DNA from: Enterobacteria phage GEC-3S
Length of the DNA: 64,000 nt
Reading direction: 5' to 3' (one strand)
Sequence record: HE978309
Part shown: piece after piece, positions 9,102 through 17,120 of the stretch
Numbering within the stretch: the stretch's first letter is position 1
Layout: the number at the start of each line of letters is the position of its first letter
The notes under the pieces: generated by a model
The model's database searches: none
Told to the model about the DNA's origin: nothing
What the model saw: only the letters and a program-made list of their open reading frames with translations
Made by a program: the position numbers and the translations under genes

Positions 9102-9532
9102 TATCCCTTCCTCAAATAAGTTCGCTCAATCTCTACCCGTTCGAAAAAATCTTGCCAGTCGCAAGGAAAATTGCAGTTTCCGAAATGATCCTCTTTGTAA
9201 AGTTCTTTACCGGATGGCAGCTTAATATCTGTTACGCTGTAGTATCCGCAACAATCGCAATCACCATCTGTATATTCTGTTTTGGTAGGAATATCCATCA
9301 TTGCCAGATACAAAGGTACATCGTCTTGCTCAAAGTTCATGTAACCTTCATGGTCGAATGAAACAAAGTTATCATCGCCACCGAAAGGGATATAATGGTC
9401 ATAATCGGTTACAGGTTGACCGTGCAATTCCCATTCTACAATTTTAACATTACCGCTAAACTTGATACCCATAATTTCAACAAGAAAATGAGTATCGTCA
9501 ATGTAAATCTTACTAGGAGTTGGATAACCCAT
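9101..9532 (-). CDS. hypothetical protein
   Basis: track ORF; GAGGATTATATAATG leader. Confidence 0.6.
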   Translation of the reverse strand: MGYPTPSKIYIDDTHFLVEIMGIKFSGNVKIVEWELHGQPVTDYDHYIPFGGDDNFVSFDHEGYMNFEQDDVPLYLAMMDIPTKTEYTDGDCDCCGYYSVTDIKLPSGKELYKEDHFGNCNFPCDWQDFFERVEIERTYLRKG

Positions 9533-9542
9533 TATATAATCC

Positions 9543-9839
9543 TCATATCTCAGAGAATAGAATCTCTGTTAGCTTCACTGACTGCTCTCTGAATGTTAGC
9601 GTATACTCGAAAGGAAAGTCAACACCCAACTTCAAAAGAGAATAGCCTACCGCCTCTTTATGCTTATCGGTTAGGGCGATCCTAACCAATTCCCGTTGAA
9701 TCTCTTTAGGCGGTGAATGGATAGTAACACGGGTATCATGTAATGTCCAGTCACCATTTCGAATTAAGATTAACGGTTTATCATCATTGAAGATCACCGA
9801 CCCCTTTCCGGTCGGTGAGTGTTTTATACTAATCATCAA
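9543..9839 (-). CDS. hypothetical protein
   Basis: track ORF on the coding strand; start overlaps the upstream gene. Confidence 0.5.
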   Translation of the reverse strand: MMISIKHSPTGKGSVIFNDDKPLILIRNGDWTLHDTRVTIHSPPKEIQRELVRIALTDKHKEAVGYSLLKLGVDFPFEYTLTFREQSVKLTEILFSEI

Positions 9840-10050
9840 ATTCTAAGAAATATTCTGGAACGATATAACCGTTAAAGTCATTGCACTTATAAAAATGTGG
9901 TGCATTTAATGCTGGATGAGCATTAGTAAAGAGTTTACCCTCTAGAAACAGAATGTAATTAATCGGTCTAATACCGACAGAATCAGGGTCTAAACCTTTT
10001 TCTTTCAGTTCAGCCAGCGTTAAAACTCGTCCAGATCTTAACTTAGCCAT
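9829..10050 (-). CDS. hypothetical protein
   Basis: track ORF; GGGGGT before ATG. Confidence 0.55.
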   Translation of the reverse strand: MAKLRSGRVLTLAELKEKGLDPDSVGIRPINYILFLEGKLFTNAHPALNAPHFYKCNDFNGYIVPEYFLEFDD

Positions 10051-10336
10051 GATTTACCCCCAATTCATCAAGATTATGTCGCAGCATTTCAGAGTATTTT
10101 TCTACTTCCTTAATCTTAGTGTGGATCTCCACGATCTCATCCACACTATCAGAAATTTTAATGGCATTCGCGAGCGTGCTTTTACCCGCTTTCACAGTCT
10201 CTTTCATTTCAACCAACATGTCCGCGTGTTTCAATAGTAATTCTTCACGTCGAACATAAGCGGCGGTCAAAGCCTCATCAGCGATTTCTAAAGCATTTTC
10301 AGCGACACCAACAACCATTTTACGAGTAGACAGCAT
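10043..10336 (-). CDS. hypothetical protein (predicted coiled coil)
   Basis: track ORF; GAGGTG before ATG. Confidence 0.55.
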   Translation of the reverse strand: MLSTRKMVVGVAENALEIADEALTAAYVRREELLLKHADMLVEMKETVKAGKSTLANAIKISDSVDEIVEIHTKIKEVEKYSEMLRHNLDELGVNHG

Positions 10337-10350
10337 AAATTCACCTCACA

Positions 10351-10659
10351 TTATTTCACGTTAACGCCGTCATCAATCCAGCCGACGCTATTTGGTTTAA
10401 CAGTTTTACCATAGGATGCATACTTAATCAAGCATGGTTTAACATCATTATCAAATCTTCCTAAACGTACTCCCAAATCAGGAATATCCATGTATGCGGC
10501 TTTATATCCCCATGTGCCATATTCAGAATCAATCTCAACCGGACGGCCTTTAAAAGCATACACTACACCGTGACGGTCAACGATAACATAGCAATAGCCA
10601 GCCGGAAGATACACCGTTTCTCCGTAAACTTTAACTGGAGTAGCAGAAGAGATAAACAT
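10351..10659 (-). CDS. hypothetical protein
   Basis: track ORF; GAGGATTATATTATG leader; promoter upstream. Confidence 0.6.
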   Translation of the reverse strand: MFISSATPVKVYGETVYLPAGYCYVIVDRHGVVYAFKGRPVEIDSEYGTWGYKAAYMDIPDLGVRLGRFDNDVKPCLIKYASYGKTVKPNSVGWIDDGVNVK

Positions 10660-10693
10660 AATATAATCCTCACATCGTTCATTTGATGCGGTT

Positions 10694-10722
10694 ATTATAG
10701 GATAACCGCATTTTCATGTCAA
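10694..10722 (-). promoter_or_regulatory. sigma70-type early promoter (TTGACA, 17 bp, TATAAT) with -10 inside GCGGTTAT/ATAACCGC inverted repeat
   Basis: read directly. Confidence 0.6.
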
Positions 10723-10729
10723 CAGTTTT

Positions 10730-11038
10730 TTAAAAATCTTCTTCCGGTTTATATCGACCGTCATCGACTGGTTTTGGACTGAATCCTTTATGCGTGCGCG
10801 GCTTCGCTTCCGGTTTCCCCGCGATCGACAGTCCAAGCCATTTAAGAAGTTTGTATGAGTAAGCGATGATCACAACTACCCACGTTAAAGGCCATACAAT
10901 AGAACAAATGGCATATGCTCCGGTATCGACCTCTTTGGTGTCCTTGTCGAATCTGGCATACAAGCAAATTATAAGATAGGTGATCATTGCACCAGTAGGC
11001 CAAATATAAAGCACATTAACAATATCTTGTGTTGTCAC
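10730..11038 (-). CDS. small membrane protein (GTG start)
   Basis: AAGGAGG 6 nt before GTG at 11036-11038; hydrophobic segments; the track ORF extends further upstream into the preceding gene. Confidence 0.5.
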   Translation of the reverse strand: MTTQDIVNVLYIWPTGAMITYLIICLYARFDKDTKEVDTGAYAICSIVWPLTWVVVIIAYSYKLLKWLGLSIAGKPEAKPRTHKGFSPKPVDDGRYKPEEDF

Positions 11039-11048
11039 GTTATCCTCC

Positions 11049-11327
11049 TTACATGTCTTGCAGTGCATAAAAGCATTTTTCTTCGTAGTCATAGAAAATG
11101 TCAAAGTATGCTTTTTCTACATACTCACCATTGATCCAAGCGGCAGTAACAATCAGAGTGGTCCAGTTAGATCCGCTCTCAACGGTAAAGGTTTTAATAC
11201 CCAGCTTCGCTGCTAAGTCGAACGCAAACCGGACACAACCACGGCAGGAAGTGATATTGGAAGTTTTGATTTTAATGCCACCGCGAGTTTTAGAAATTTC
11301 TACTTTAGCGAAAGACAGGTTGCTCAT
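11049..11327 (-). CDS. hypothetical protein
   Basis: track ORF; AAGGAGAATCAAAATG leader. Confidence 0.6.
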   Translation of the reverse strand: MSNLSFAKVEISKTRGGIKIKTSNITSCRGCVRFAFDLAAKLGIKTFTVESGSNWTTLIVTAAWINGEYVEKAYFDIFYDYEEKCFYALQDM

Positions 11328-11369
11328 TTTGATTCTCCTTAAGAAAGTGTGTTTCGTTTTGATGTGTTT

Positions 11370-11398
11370 AGTATAGGGGATACGTGATCCCCTGTCAA
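11370..11398 (-). promoter_or_regulatory. sigma70-type early promoter (TTGACA, 17 bp, TATACT) with GGGGAT/ATCCCC inverted repeat in the spacer
   Basis: read directly. Confidence 0.55.
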
Positions 11399-11414
11399 CA
11401 ACTTTTTTATGATT

Positions 11415-11735
11415 TTAGTGAATTAACTCTACACCAAAATGAGGCACAGAGAACGCCTTACGAAACACATATTCATCATGTTTAGGAATCGCCCCTAACC
11501 GCTCTATTTCGCTCGCTGACACGATAAACCGCTTATCTGGTGCATTTACCTTATATGCTTCAACAACGCACGGAAAACGCGTTTTATCGAGTTCTGGATA
11601 GTTTTCCGAATCCATCAGGACAATGAATACCCTATTACATTGATTGTAGAATCCTGTTTTTGATTTCATCAAGTTTTCTTCTATGTTCAAGTCGTGCAAT
11701 CTTCTTTTCATGATTTCGTTGGTTCTTGTCTTCAC
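11415..11735 (-). CDS. hypothetical protein; start uncertain, overlaps upstream ORF out of frame (possible frameshift)
   Basis: track ORF with GTG start; no ribosome-binding site at any in-frame ATG. Confidence 0.35.
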   Translation of the reverse strand: MKTRTNEIMKRRLHDLNIEENLMKSKTGFYNQCNRVFIVLMDSENYPELDKTRFPCVVEAYKVNAPDKRFIVSASEIERLGAIPKHDEYVFRKAFSVPHFGVELIH

Positions 11736-11973
11736 AGTTTACCCACTCAACAAGATCTTTACCTAACTCGAAAGCCCATTCTCGGTCCTGCTTTACGTTT
11801 TGTAGGTATGGACTTTCCGACACTCGACGAAGTGATGTTGTCGTAACAAGAATGATCCCAGGAATGTTCGGATGTTCCTTTCCATATACAATAGGACGCG
11901 AGTCACTATCAATACCTTGTAAGAAGGTGTATCCTGAATCACTTAGAATCATATACTTTTTCATTTCACACAT
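11635..11973 (-). CDS. hypothetical protein (possibly 5' part of a frameshifted gene)
   Basis: track ORF; GAGGAAA before ATG at 11973. Confidence 0.45.
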   Translation of the reverse strand: MCEMKKYMILSDSGYTFLQGIDSDSRPIVYGKEHPNIPGIILVTTTSLRRVSESPYLQNVKQDREWAFELGKDLVEWVNCEDKNQRNHEKKIARLEHRRKLDEIKNRILQSM

Positions 11974-12230
11974 CACAGTTTCCTCAACCAGTTATTAAAG
12001 CTAGCAAACCATGATGCTTTTCGTGCTTCTTTGACTTTATGTGCACGTAAACCACTGAAACACCATTCATAATCATCACTGAAACATGATTCAACAGGAA
12101 CACCCGCATTTCGTAGTTCTCTGGTCGTTATCATGAATCCTTGACATAATGGGCGACCTTCAACAATGATAGGAAGTTTAACTTTTTCCATGAAAGTATA
12201 CCCAGCACGGTCAATAATTTCAATCTTCAT
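11973..12230 (-). CDS. hypothetical protein, MKIEIID paralog A
   Basis: track ORF; GAGGATTATATTATG leader; similar to the adjacent ORF over the N-terminal 60 aa. Confidence 0.6.
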   Translation of the reverse strand: MKIEIIDRAGYTFMEKVKLPIIVEGRPLCQGFMITTRELRNAGVPVESCFSDDYEWCFSGLRAHKVKEARKASWFASFNNWLRKL

Positions 12231-12248
12231 AATATAATCCTCAATTAG

Positions 12249-12446
12249 TTATACCGCCCAGGCTTCATTTGCACGAAAACACCATTCATATTCAGGAAAA
12301 TAACCTTTAATTGGTACGCCAGCTTTTTGTAGTTCCTGCGTTTCTACAAGATAATCAAGCCCATAACGACGACCTTCCACGATGATCGGAAGTTTAACGC
12401 CATTCATGAAAGAAAATCCACCGTCATCAATAATTTCAATTTTCAT
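12249..12446 (-). CDS. hypothetical protein, MKIEIID paralog B
   Basis: track ORF; GGAGA before ATG; tandem paralog of 11973-12230. Confidence 0.6.
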   Translation of the reverse strand: MKIEIIDDGGFSFMNGVKLPIIVEGRRYGLDYLVETQELQKAGVPIKGYFPEYEWCFRANEAWAV

Positions 12447-12690
12447 TTACATTATCTCCATAGATCTTTCCAGCAATATCAATTTCACCAGCGCGAACAT
12501 CTAGGATAAGATGCGGTAGGTGTATGCAGTTTTCCCACCCCACGCGCTTCATTTCTTCTACGGTAACGTAAGCCCACCCGTTCGCTGTAATAAAGTCTAC
12601 TTCAACCTTGAGAGGAAAGCAAGACTTTTCTATGTCTTCGAATCCGACAATATGTTTTGTTGTTGAATATGGAATATATCCGGTGATCAT
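12436..12690 (-). CDS. hypothetical protein
   Basis: track ORF; AAGGAGA before ATG. Confidence 0.6.
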   Translation of the reverse strand: MITGYIPYSTTKHIVGFEDIEKSCFPLKVEVDFITANGWAYVTVEEMKRVGWENCIHLPHLILDVRAGEIDIAGKIYGDNVNEN

Positions 12691-13121
12691 TTTGTGATCT
12701 CCTTATACTCAACACACCATAAGCGGGTAGCCCATGATAAACGCTCATAACGCTGGCAGAAATCGGACCATAGATATTGTGTACCGTCTTGCATAGTTGA
12801 AATATGCGTTTTCTCGCCCACTTTCACGAAAGATGTATTTGACTTCGTGATCACGACCGGAGTATATCCGAAAGCGGGTTCCAACTCAACATCTGAACTA
12901 AATGCCAATTTAACAGAATTTGTTTTTCTGACCGCTGTCCGGTTTCCTTCTGGGTATAGCACAGCAGGTTTAGCTCCTAAGCGGATAAACTCAGTGTTTT
13001 TAATGAACAGAATATCATGATAACCGTCATATTCCGACACTTCCATAGTAACAGGAAAATCGATATGTGCTAAACCTGGTAGATCTCGCATATCATGAAA
13101 TGTAGCCATAATCTTTTTCAT
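12687..13121 (-). CDS. hypothetical protein
   Basis: track ORF; start moved to the ATG behind GAGTGAGGA (MKKIMATF...). Confidence 0.55.
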   Translation of the reverse strand: MKKIMATFHDMRDLPGLAHIDFPVTMEVSEYDGYHDILFIKNTEFIRLGAKPAVLYPEGNRTAVRKTNSVKLAFSSDVELEPAFGYTPVVITKSNTSFVKVGEKTHISTMQDGTQYLWSDFCQRYERLSWATRLWCVEYKEITK

Positions 13122-13131
13122 TCTATATTCC

Positions 13132-13329
13132 TCACTCTTCTGTTTCATTTCTTTTATATGGTACTATAACAGGATTAATACAGCAAGCACCAATTACGTT
13201 ATGAGCACCACAATTTAAGCATTTATAATCATGGAACTTATTAAGGAATCGACCAAACTCATAACCGACTAGCGCCGCTTGTACTTGAGTCTCGATCTCA
13301 TCCATATCAGCCAATGTTTTAACCTTCAT
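13132..13329 (-). CDS. small Cys-rich protein (zinc-ribbon-like, CLNCG...GACC)
   Basis: track ORF; GAGGATTATACTATG leader. Confidence 0.6.
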   Translation of the reverse strand: MKVKTLADMDEIETQVQAALVGYEFGRFLNKFHDYKCLNCGAHNVIGACCINPVIVPYKRNETEE

Positions 13330-13339
13330 AGTATAATCC

Positions 13340-13624
13340 TCAAATGGTAGTTTTGCGAAGATGGTCGTTACATGCTTTTAATGCATCAGTCGCGGTGTCA
13401 TAGCGAGTATTATCATAGCACCAGTAACCATCTGTCAACTGATAAATCAATCCATCTTTTTTAGCTTCGATGAAAGATAACTCTTTGAAAGTTTCTACTT
13501 TCTTTGCTGATACTCCACGGCGTTTATAGAGTTTAGCTAAAATGCGTTCAGCTTGTTCCTCTTTATCACCAGACAGATCCCAGATGATGTTTCGGATATG
13601 CTTGATTAATTGTTCAGTGGTCAT
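13340..13624 (-). CDS. hypothetical protein
   Basis: track ORF; AAGGAGAATCAAAGATG leader; promoter upstream. Confidence 0.6.
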   Translation of the reverse strand: MTTEQLIKHIRNIIWDLSGDKEEQAERILAKLYKRRGVSAKKVETFKELSFIEAKKDGLIYQLTDGYWCYDNTRYDTATDALKACNDHLRKTTI

Positions 13625-13653
13625 CTTTGATTCTCCTTAGTTGGTATGCGTGC

Positions 13654-13681
13654 ATTATAGCATTGTGATTATCTTTGTCAA
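13654..13681 (-). promoter_or_regulatory. sigma70-type early promoter (TTGACA, 16 bp, TATAAT)
   Basis: read directly; sits immediately downstream of the terminator at 13687-13718. Confidence 0.6.
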
Positions 13682-13686
13682 CACCC

Positions 13687-13718
13687 AAAAACAAAAAAGG
13701 CTACCCCGAAGGATAGCC
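13687..13718 (-). terminator. rho-independent terminator after the gp38-like gene
   Basis: GGCTAtCC-TTCG-GGgTAGCC hairpin followed by TTTTTTGTTTTTG on the minus strand. Confidence 0.65.
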
Positions 13719-13725
13719 CATAAAA

Positions 13726-14505
13726 TTACACGCGAGCACCGTAGATCGTGCCTACTTTATCCCAGCGAGGGGCATTGCCAGTAACAGCCTTACCAGCCGC
13801 ACCACCGTTATATTCCGATCCCTGTCCACGGATATTACATTTACCACCAGCACCACCAGCATCACCACCGTTACCGCCATTATATACACCGTTTACAGAC
13901 CCTTTACCTGGCGCGGAAATAGTACCAGCAGTAGCACCCTGTTCCATATTAGCAGACCCACCGGCAGCACCAAACGGACGCCCACCGCCACCGCCAAAGG
14001 TTAATCTCATTTGTGAAAAAGGAGAATAATACCCACCGCCGCCGCCGCCACCACCACCGCAAATAGCGCCGTTATTTGTGATGCGTAAGCGTGTGCCTAT
14101 ACCGTTGTTAATTGCATTACCACCAGCGCCACCAGCGGAGTTATTGCCACCATTACCACCACGCCCCCAAACATGAACACCTGGGTTAATGATCAATGTT
14201 ACATATTCGTTTGTTAACGAGCTAGGGAAGTCAAGACAAGGAACTCCAGTAGATTGGGAAACAATATTACCCGTGATAGTAATTACTACCGGAGTAGATC
14301 CCTGTGCTTTCATCCAGTTAATAAGAGTGTCTTTATTGTAAGAGTTACTAGCACCAATGCTATAATGAATCTCTTTAGAGCGTCCGACCATTGCCGACAT
14401 ATACGCCGGACGACCTAAGCGAACAGCTTGCATTGCGGCGCTCATCCACCGTTGACCAGTCTCGGACACCGCAGATGATCCTACCCATCCAGAAGATATT
14501 GCCAT
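13726..14505 (-). CDS. gp38-like receptor-binding adhesin (distal tail-fibre tip) with five glycine-rich motifs
   Basis: N-terminus WVGSSAVSETGQRWMS, GRGGNGGN, GGGGGGGGGYY, C-terminus VGTIYGARV recall T2-type gp38; GAGGAAA before ATG; located in the early region, not beside gene 37. Confidence 0.6.
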   Translation of the reverse strand: MAISSGWVGSSAVSETGQRWMSAAMQAVRLGRPAYMSAMVGRSKEIHYSIGASNSYNKDTLINWMKAQGSTPVVITITGNIVSQSTGVPCLDFPSSLTNEYVTLIINPGVHVWGRGGNGGNNSAGGAGGNAINNGIGTRLRITNNGAICGGGGGGGGGYYSPFSQMRLTFGGGGGRPFGAAGGSANMEQGATAGTISAPGKGSVNGVYNGGNGGDAGGAGGKCNIRGQGSEYNGGAAGKAVTGNAPRWDKVGTIYGARV

Positions 14506-14520
14506 AAAATTTCCTCACAA

Positions 14521-14541
14521 GAAAAGCCCCAATTAAGGGGC
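14521..14541 (-). terminator. short hairpin terminator upstream of the gp38-like gene
   Basis: GCCCC-ttaatt-GGGGC followed by TTTT on the minus strand. Confidence 0.45.
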
Positions 14542-14559
14542 ATTGATTGATAATATTAC

Positions 14560-14781
14560 TTAGATGACCTCTGCTTCACCATCCAGGAAGAAAGACCATG
14601 TTTTGTTAGGATAGCGAAGCGCCCATGATTCAGCAGTTTTAACACCAGCTTCGAACAATTGACGGCTGGTTACTTTAGCCATACCATCTTCGATGGCAAC
14701 GTTTTCAATAATCATCGGGTACTTAGCGCCACGCATGAAACCGAAACCAGCGGAAGATTTGATAATTTTAACAGTTGCCAT
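14560..14781 (-). CDS. hypothetical protein, distant MKIEIID-family paralog
   Basis: track ORF; AGGAGAATCAAAAATG leader; shares FM.G.K.P.I.E...AGV pattern. Confidence 0.55.
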   Translation of the reverse strand: MATVKIIKSSAGFGFMRGAKYPMIIENVAIEDGMAKVTSRQLFEAGVKTAESWALRYPNKTWSFFLDGEAEVI

Positions 14782-14822
14782 TTTTGATTCTCCTAGAAAG
14801 TGTATCTCGTTTCGATGTGTGT

Positions 14823-14851
14823 ATTATGCAATAACACCGGAACGCTGTCAA
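14823..14851 (-). promoter_or_regulatory. sigma70-type early promoter (TTGACA, 17 bp, CATAAT)
   Basis: read directly. Confidence 0.55.
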
Positions 14852-14869
14852 CACTTTCTAAGAAAAATT

Positions 14870-15154
14870 TTAAACTAATCGAATGTAACCCAAAATTTCA
14901 GCACTTTTAGCCAGATCTAAAATTTCCCATTCAAGATCGCCGTAGTCATAATTTGCAACCATCAACTGACCATTTTTCATGCAGCAATCATGAGAGAAAA
15001 TTTGCCCCGCATAAACTACGATAGTGATAAACTTTCCTGATTCTGGCGGTGTGGAAGACAAAGCGACCATATGACCATTCAGCTTAGTCACCAGTGATGG
15101 AACAATAAAATTCGGGCTTACCTTAATACCGTTAAATTCGTTTGTGTCTTTCAT
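14870..15154 (-). CDS. hypothetical protein
   Basis: track ORF; coupled to upstream gene. Confidence 0.55.
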   Translation of the reverse strand: MKDTNEFNGIKVSPNFIVPSLVTKLNGHMVALSSTPPESGKFITIVVYAGQIFSHDCCMKNGQLMVANYDYGDLEWEILDLAKSAEILGYIRLV

Positions 15155-15501
15155 GCCAGACCTCGCAAAACACTAATAGCATAATCATGCTGGTTATTCA
15201 TAATATCAATTGCATTGTGATAACGAGCTAAACCATCAAGGATAAATTCTTGTTTATCCTGTTTCAGTTTGGTATCACGCGCAGCCATAAGAGCATCGAG
15301 AACAGGTCCAAAGTGATTATCTAATTCATCTTCGGTTGCAATGTTTCCTATTGCCTCGTCGATCCGTGATTCTAATGCTTGCTTTTCGTTGATCACTTGC
15401 TGGGTATATTCCAACACATCAAGAATATCGCGGGTAACGTCGCCATGATAAGGTATTCCCGCATGAAGATGATCAATTAATCGCTGAATATCAATGTTCA
15501 T
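15151..15501 (-). CDS. hypothetical protein
   Basis: track ORF; GAGGAGGG before ATG. Confidence 0.55.
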   Translation of the reverse strand: MNIDIQRLIDHLHAGIPYHGDVTRDILDVLEYTQQVINEKQALESRIDEAIGNIATEDELDNHFGPVLDALMAARDTKLKQDKQEFILDGLARYHNAIDIMNNQHDYAISVLRGLA

Positions 15502-15836
15502 TTGTAACCCTCCTCTGAAAGCACATCCCAGATCGTTGAGTCAAGGTGCATTAAATTCCACATAATAGAGTCATAACTACCGAAGCCAGAAGTAAAAATT
15601 ACATCACACTGGCGATAGGTCTTATGAAAATCGGTGGCTGTCTCTGCATCAATCGGCATATCGTCACCAGAAAGCACCAGACATTTAAGAATCATAACTC
15701 TGTTAGCCGTTGGCGCTTGCTTAGTCTTTTCAGCATATTTTTCGATGATCCGTTTTGCCTTTTCTTCTTTGATACGTCCAGACCAAATCCGGTTTCGGTA
15801 TTGATTCATAATAATTTCAATCACATCATTTTGCAT
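15498..15836 (-). CDS. hypothetical protein
   Basis: track ORF; GGAGA before ATG. Confidence 0.55.
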   Translation of the reverse strand: MQNDVIEIIMNQYRNRIWSGRIKEEKAKRIIEKYAEKTKQAPTANRVMILKCLVLSGDDMPIDAETATDFHKTYRQCDVIFTSGFGSYDSIMWNLMHLDSTIWDVLSEEGYK

Positions 15837-16035
15837 TCTTCACGGTCTCCATAATTGTTTTGTAAGCCAGCTTAAGATGATCGCCGAAAAACTTTGCGGT
15901 GTTACCCTTCGGATCGCGGAGCATGGTTTCTACGATCTCATCGGCAGTAACAATTTCTCCTTTCTTTGCTGCATGTTCTACCATATACTTCAAAGTTTCT
16001 TCGGAAGCAAGTGCTGCGGCTACTGGATTAATCAT
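15826..16035 (-). CDS. hypothetical protein
   Basis: track ORF; AAGGAGAATCAAAATG leader. Confidence 0.6.
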   Translation of the reverse strand: MINPVAAALASEETLKYMVEHAAKKGEIVTADEIVETMLRDPKGNTAKFFGDHLKLAYKTIMETVKNAK

Positions 16036-16064
16036 TTTGATTCTCCTTTGTTGTCGATGTGTGC

Positions 16065-16093
16065 ATTATGCTATACTACGATCCGGTTGTCAA
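16065..16093 (-). promoter_or_regulatory. sigma70-type early promoter (TTGACA, 17 bp, CATAAT)
   Basis: read directly. Confidence 0.55.
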
Positions 16094-16098
16094 CACCT

Positions 16099-16133
16099 AA
16101 AAACGAAAAAGCCACCCTTTCGGGTGGCTTTTT
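16099..16133 (-). terminator. rho-independent terminator, potentially bidirectional
   Basis: AGCCACCC-tttc-GGGTGGCT hairpin flanked by an A-tract and a T-tract. Confidence 0.65.
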
Positions 16134-16363
16134 GATTATATTTTATTCACGTCCATTTGTATAGTAGTGTTTGAATCGACCTTTGCTAAACTAGTTAAAC
16201 ATAGTAACCAATTCACCATCCCTTTCCAATGATAACACTTCCTCGTCTTAGACGGGTCTTCTGATTCGGCAGTAATTGAACACGCGAAAGTATGAGGAAG
16301 CCAAATAGTTGTGTTGATGCTAGTATTCTTTTACTTCTGGTATGTATCCCAATGTGACTAACA
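16134..16363. other. about 230-bp non-coding interval; candidate structured RNA or long 3' UTR
   Basis: no ORF over about 30 aa on either strand; contains CTTCCTC...GAGGAAG inverted repeat; boundaries approximate. Confidence 0.25.
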
Positions 16364-16762
16364 TTAAGCCAATCGAGTGAGTTTATAAATTGTTTTAAAG
16401 CATAGAGCTTTGATATCGTCTAAAACGCTCTGTAACGAGCTATCAACATCATTATAAATCTCACTAGCCATTTGCGTTAACTCTTGCAAATAGGCAATTT
16501 CGCTCATCTCCTTGCGGACGACCAACGTTGGCTGATAACGACCAGTGATCCCAATATTGGTTTCAGTGAAATTATCAACCAATTCTTGCATTTCAAGATA
16601 GAACTCTTCTAGAGCCTTATGTTTTGCATAAGATCCCGGACCAGTTACCCCAAAATGCGCAGAATGCATATAAGTAACACTCATCAGACATTCACCGATA
16701 AAGCGGTCAACTTTATTAGCTTTCCCCTCTTCGGACGTCTTTAGAAAATCAATGAATTTCAT
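16364..16762 (-). CDS. hypothetical protein
   Basis: track ORF; start moved to ATG (MKFIDF...) behind GGAGA. Confidence 0.5.
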   Translation of the reverse strand: MKFIDFLKTSEEGKANKVDRFIGECLMSVTYMHSAHFGVTGPGSYAKHKALEEFYLEMQELVDNFTETNIGITGRYQPTLVVRKEMSEIAYLQELTQMASEIYNDVDSSLQSVLDDIKALCFKTIYKLTRLA

Positions 16763-17051
16763 GTTCTCTATTCTCCATATTATGCAACATAACAAACTGT
16801 TGTGCGGCATATTCCCCCATAATAAAACACTGCTTAGAATCCATACATTTACTACGAGCGTACATCTTCATAACGTGGGCATGAAATTTCTGGCTGGTTT
16901 CAATGGAAGGAGATATTTTGTTTACATATACTATCATTGCACCGTCGAAATAATCAGTAAAGTCACCAGTTGGATCATATTGATCAGCACTGACACTTCC
17001 GACCGCAGTCAAGCATATTGCCGCTGTTAGAGTTTTACGAATAAATGACAT
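16749..17051 (-). CDS. rI: lysis-inhibition regulator rI-like periplasmic protein
   Basis: N-terminal signal/anchor MSFIRKTLTAAICLTAVGSVSA; about 100 aa; sits next to tk as rI does in T4; Cys spacing resembles T4 RI as I recall it. Confidence 0.6.
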   Translation of the reverse strand: MSFIRKTLTAAICLTAVGSVSADQYDPTGDFTDYFDGAMIVYVNKISPSIETSQKFHAHVMKMYARSKCMDSKQCFIMGEYAAQQFVMLHNMENREHEIH

Positions 17052-17120
17052 AAGTCATTCCCCCAGATTTAAAAATATTCAGTTATATTTATAATCTGGG
17101 GCTTTATTTATGATTAACTC

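Noticed and set aside
13748-14029. Proline-rich 93-aa plus-strand ORF
   Set aside because: It is the antisense reading of the glycine-rich gp38-like gene (GGN codons read as NCC, giving Pro); no ribosome-binding site; artefact of the low-complexity region.
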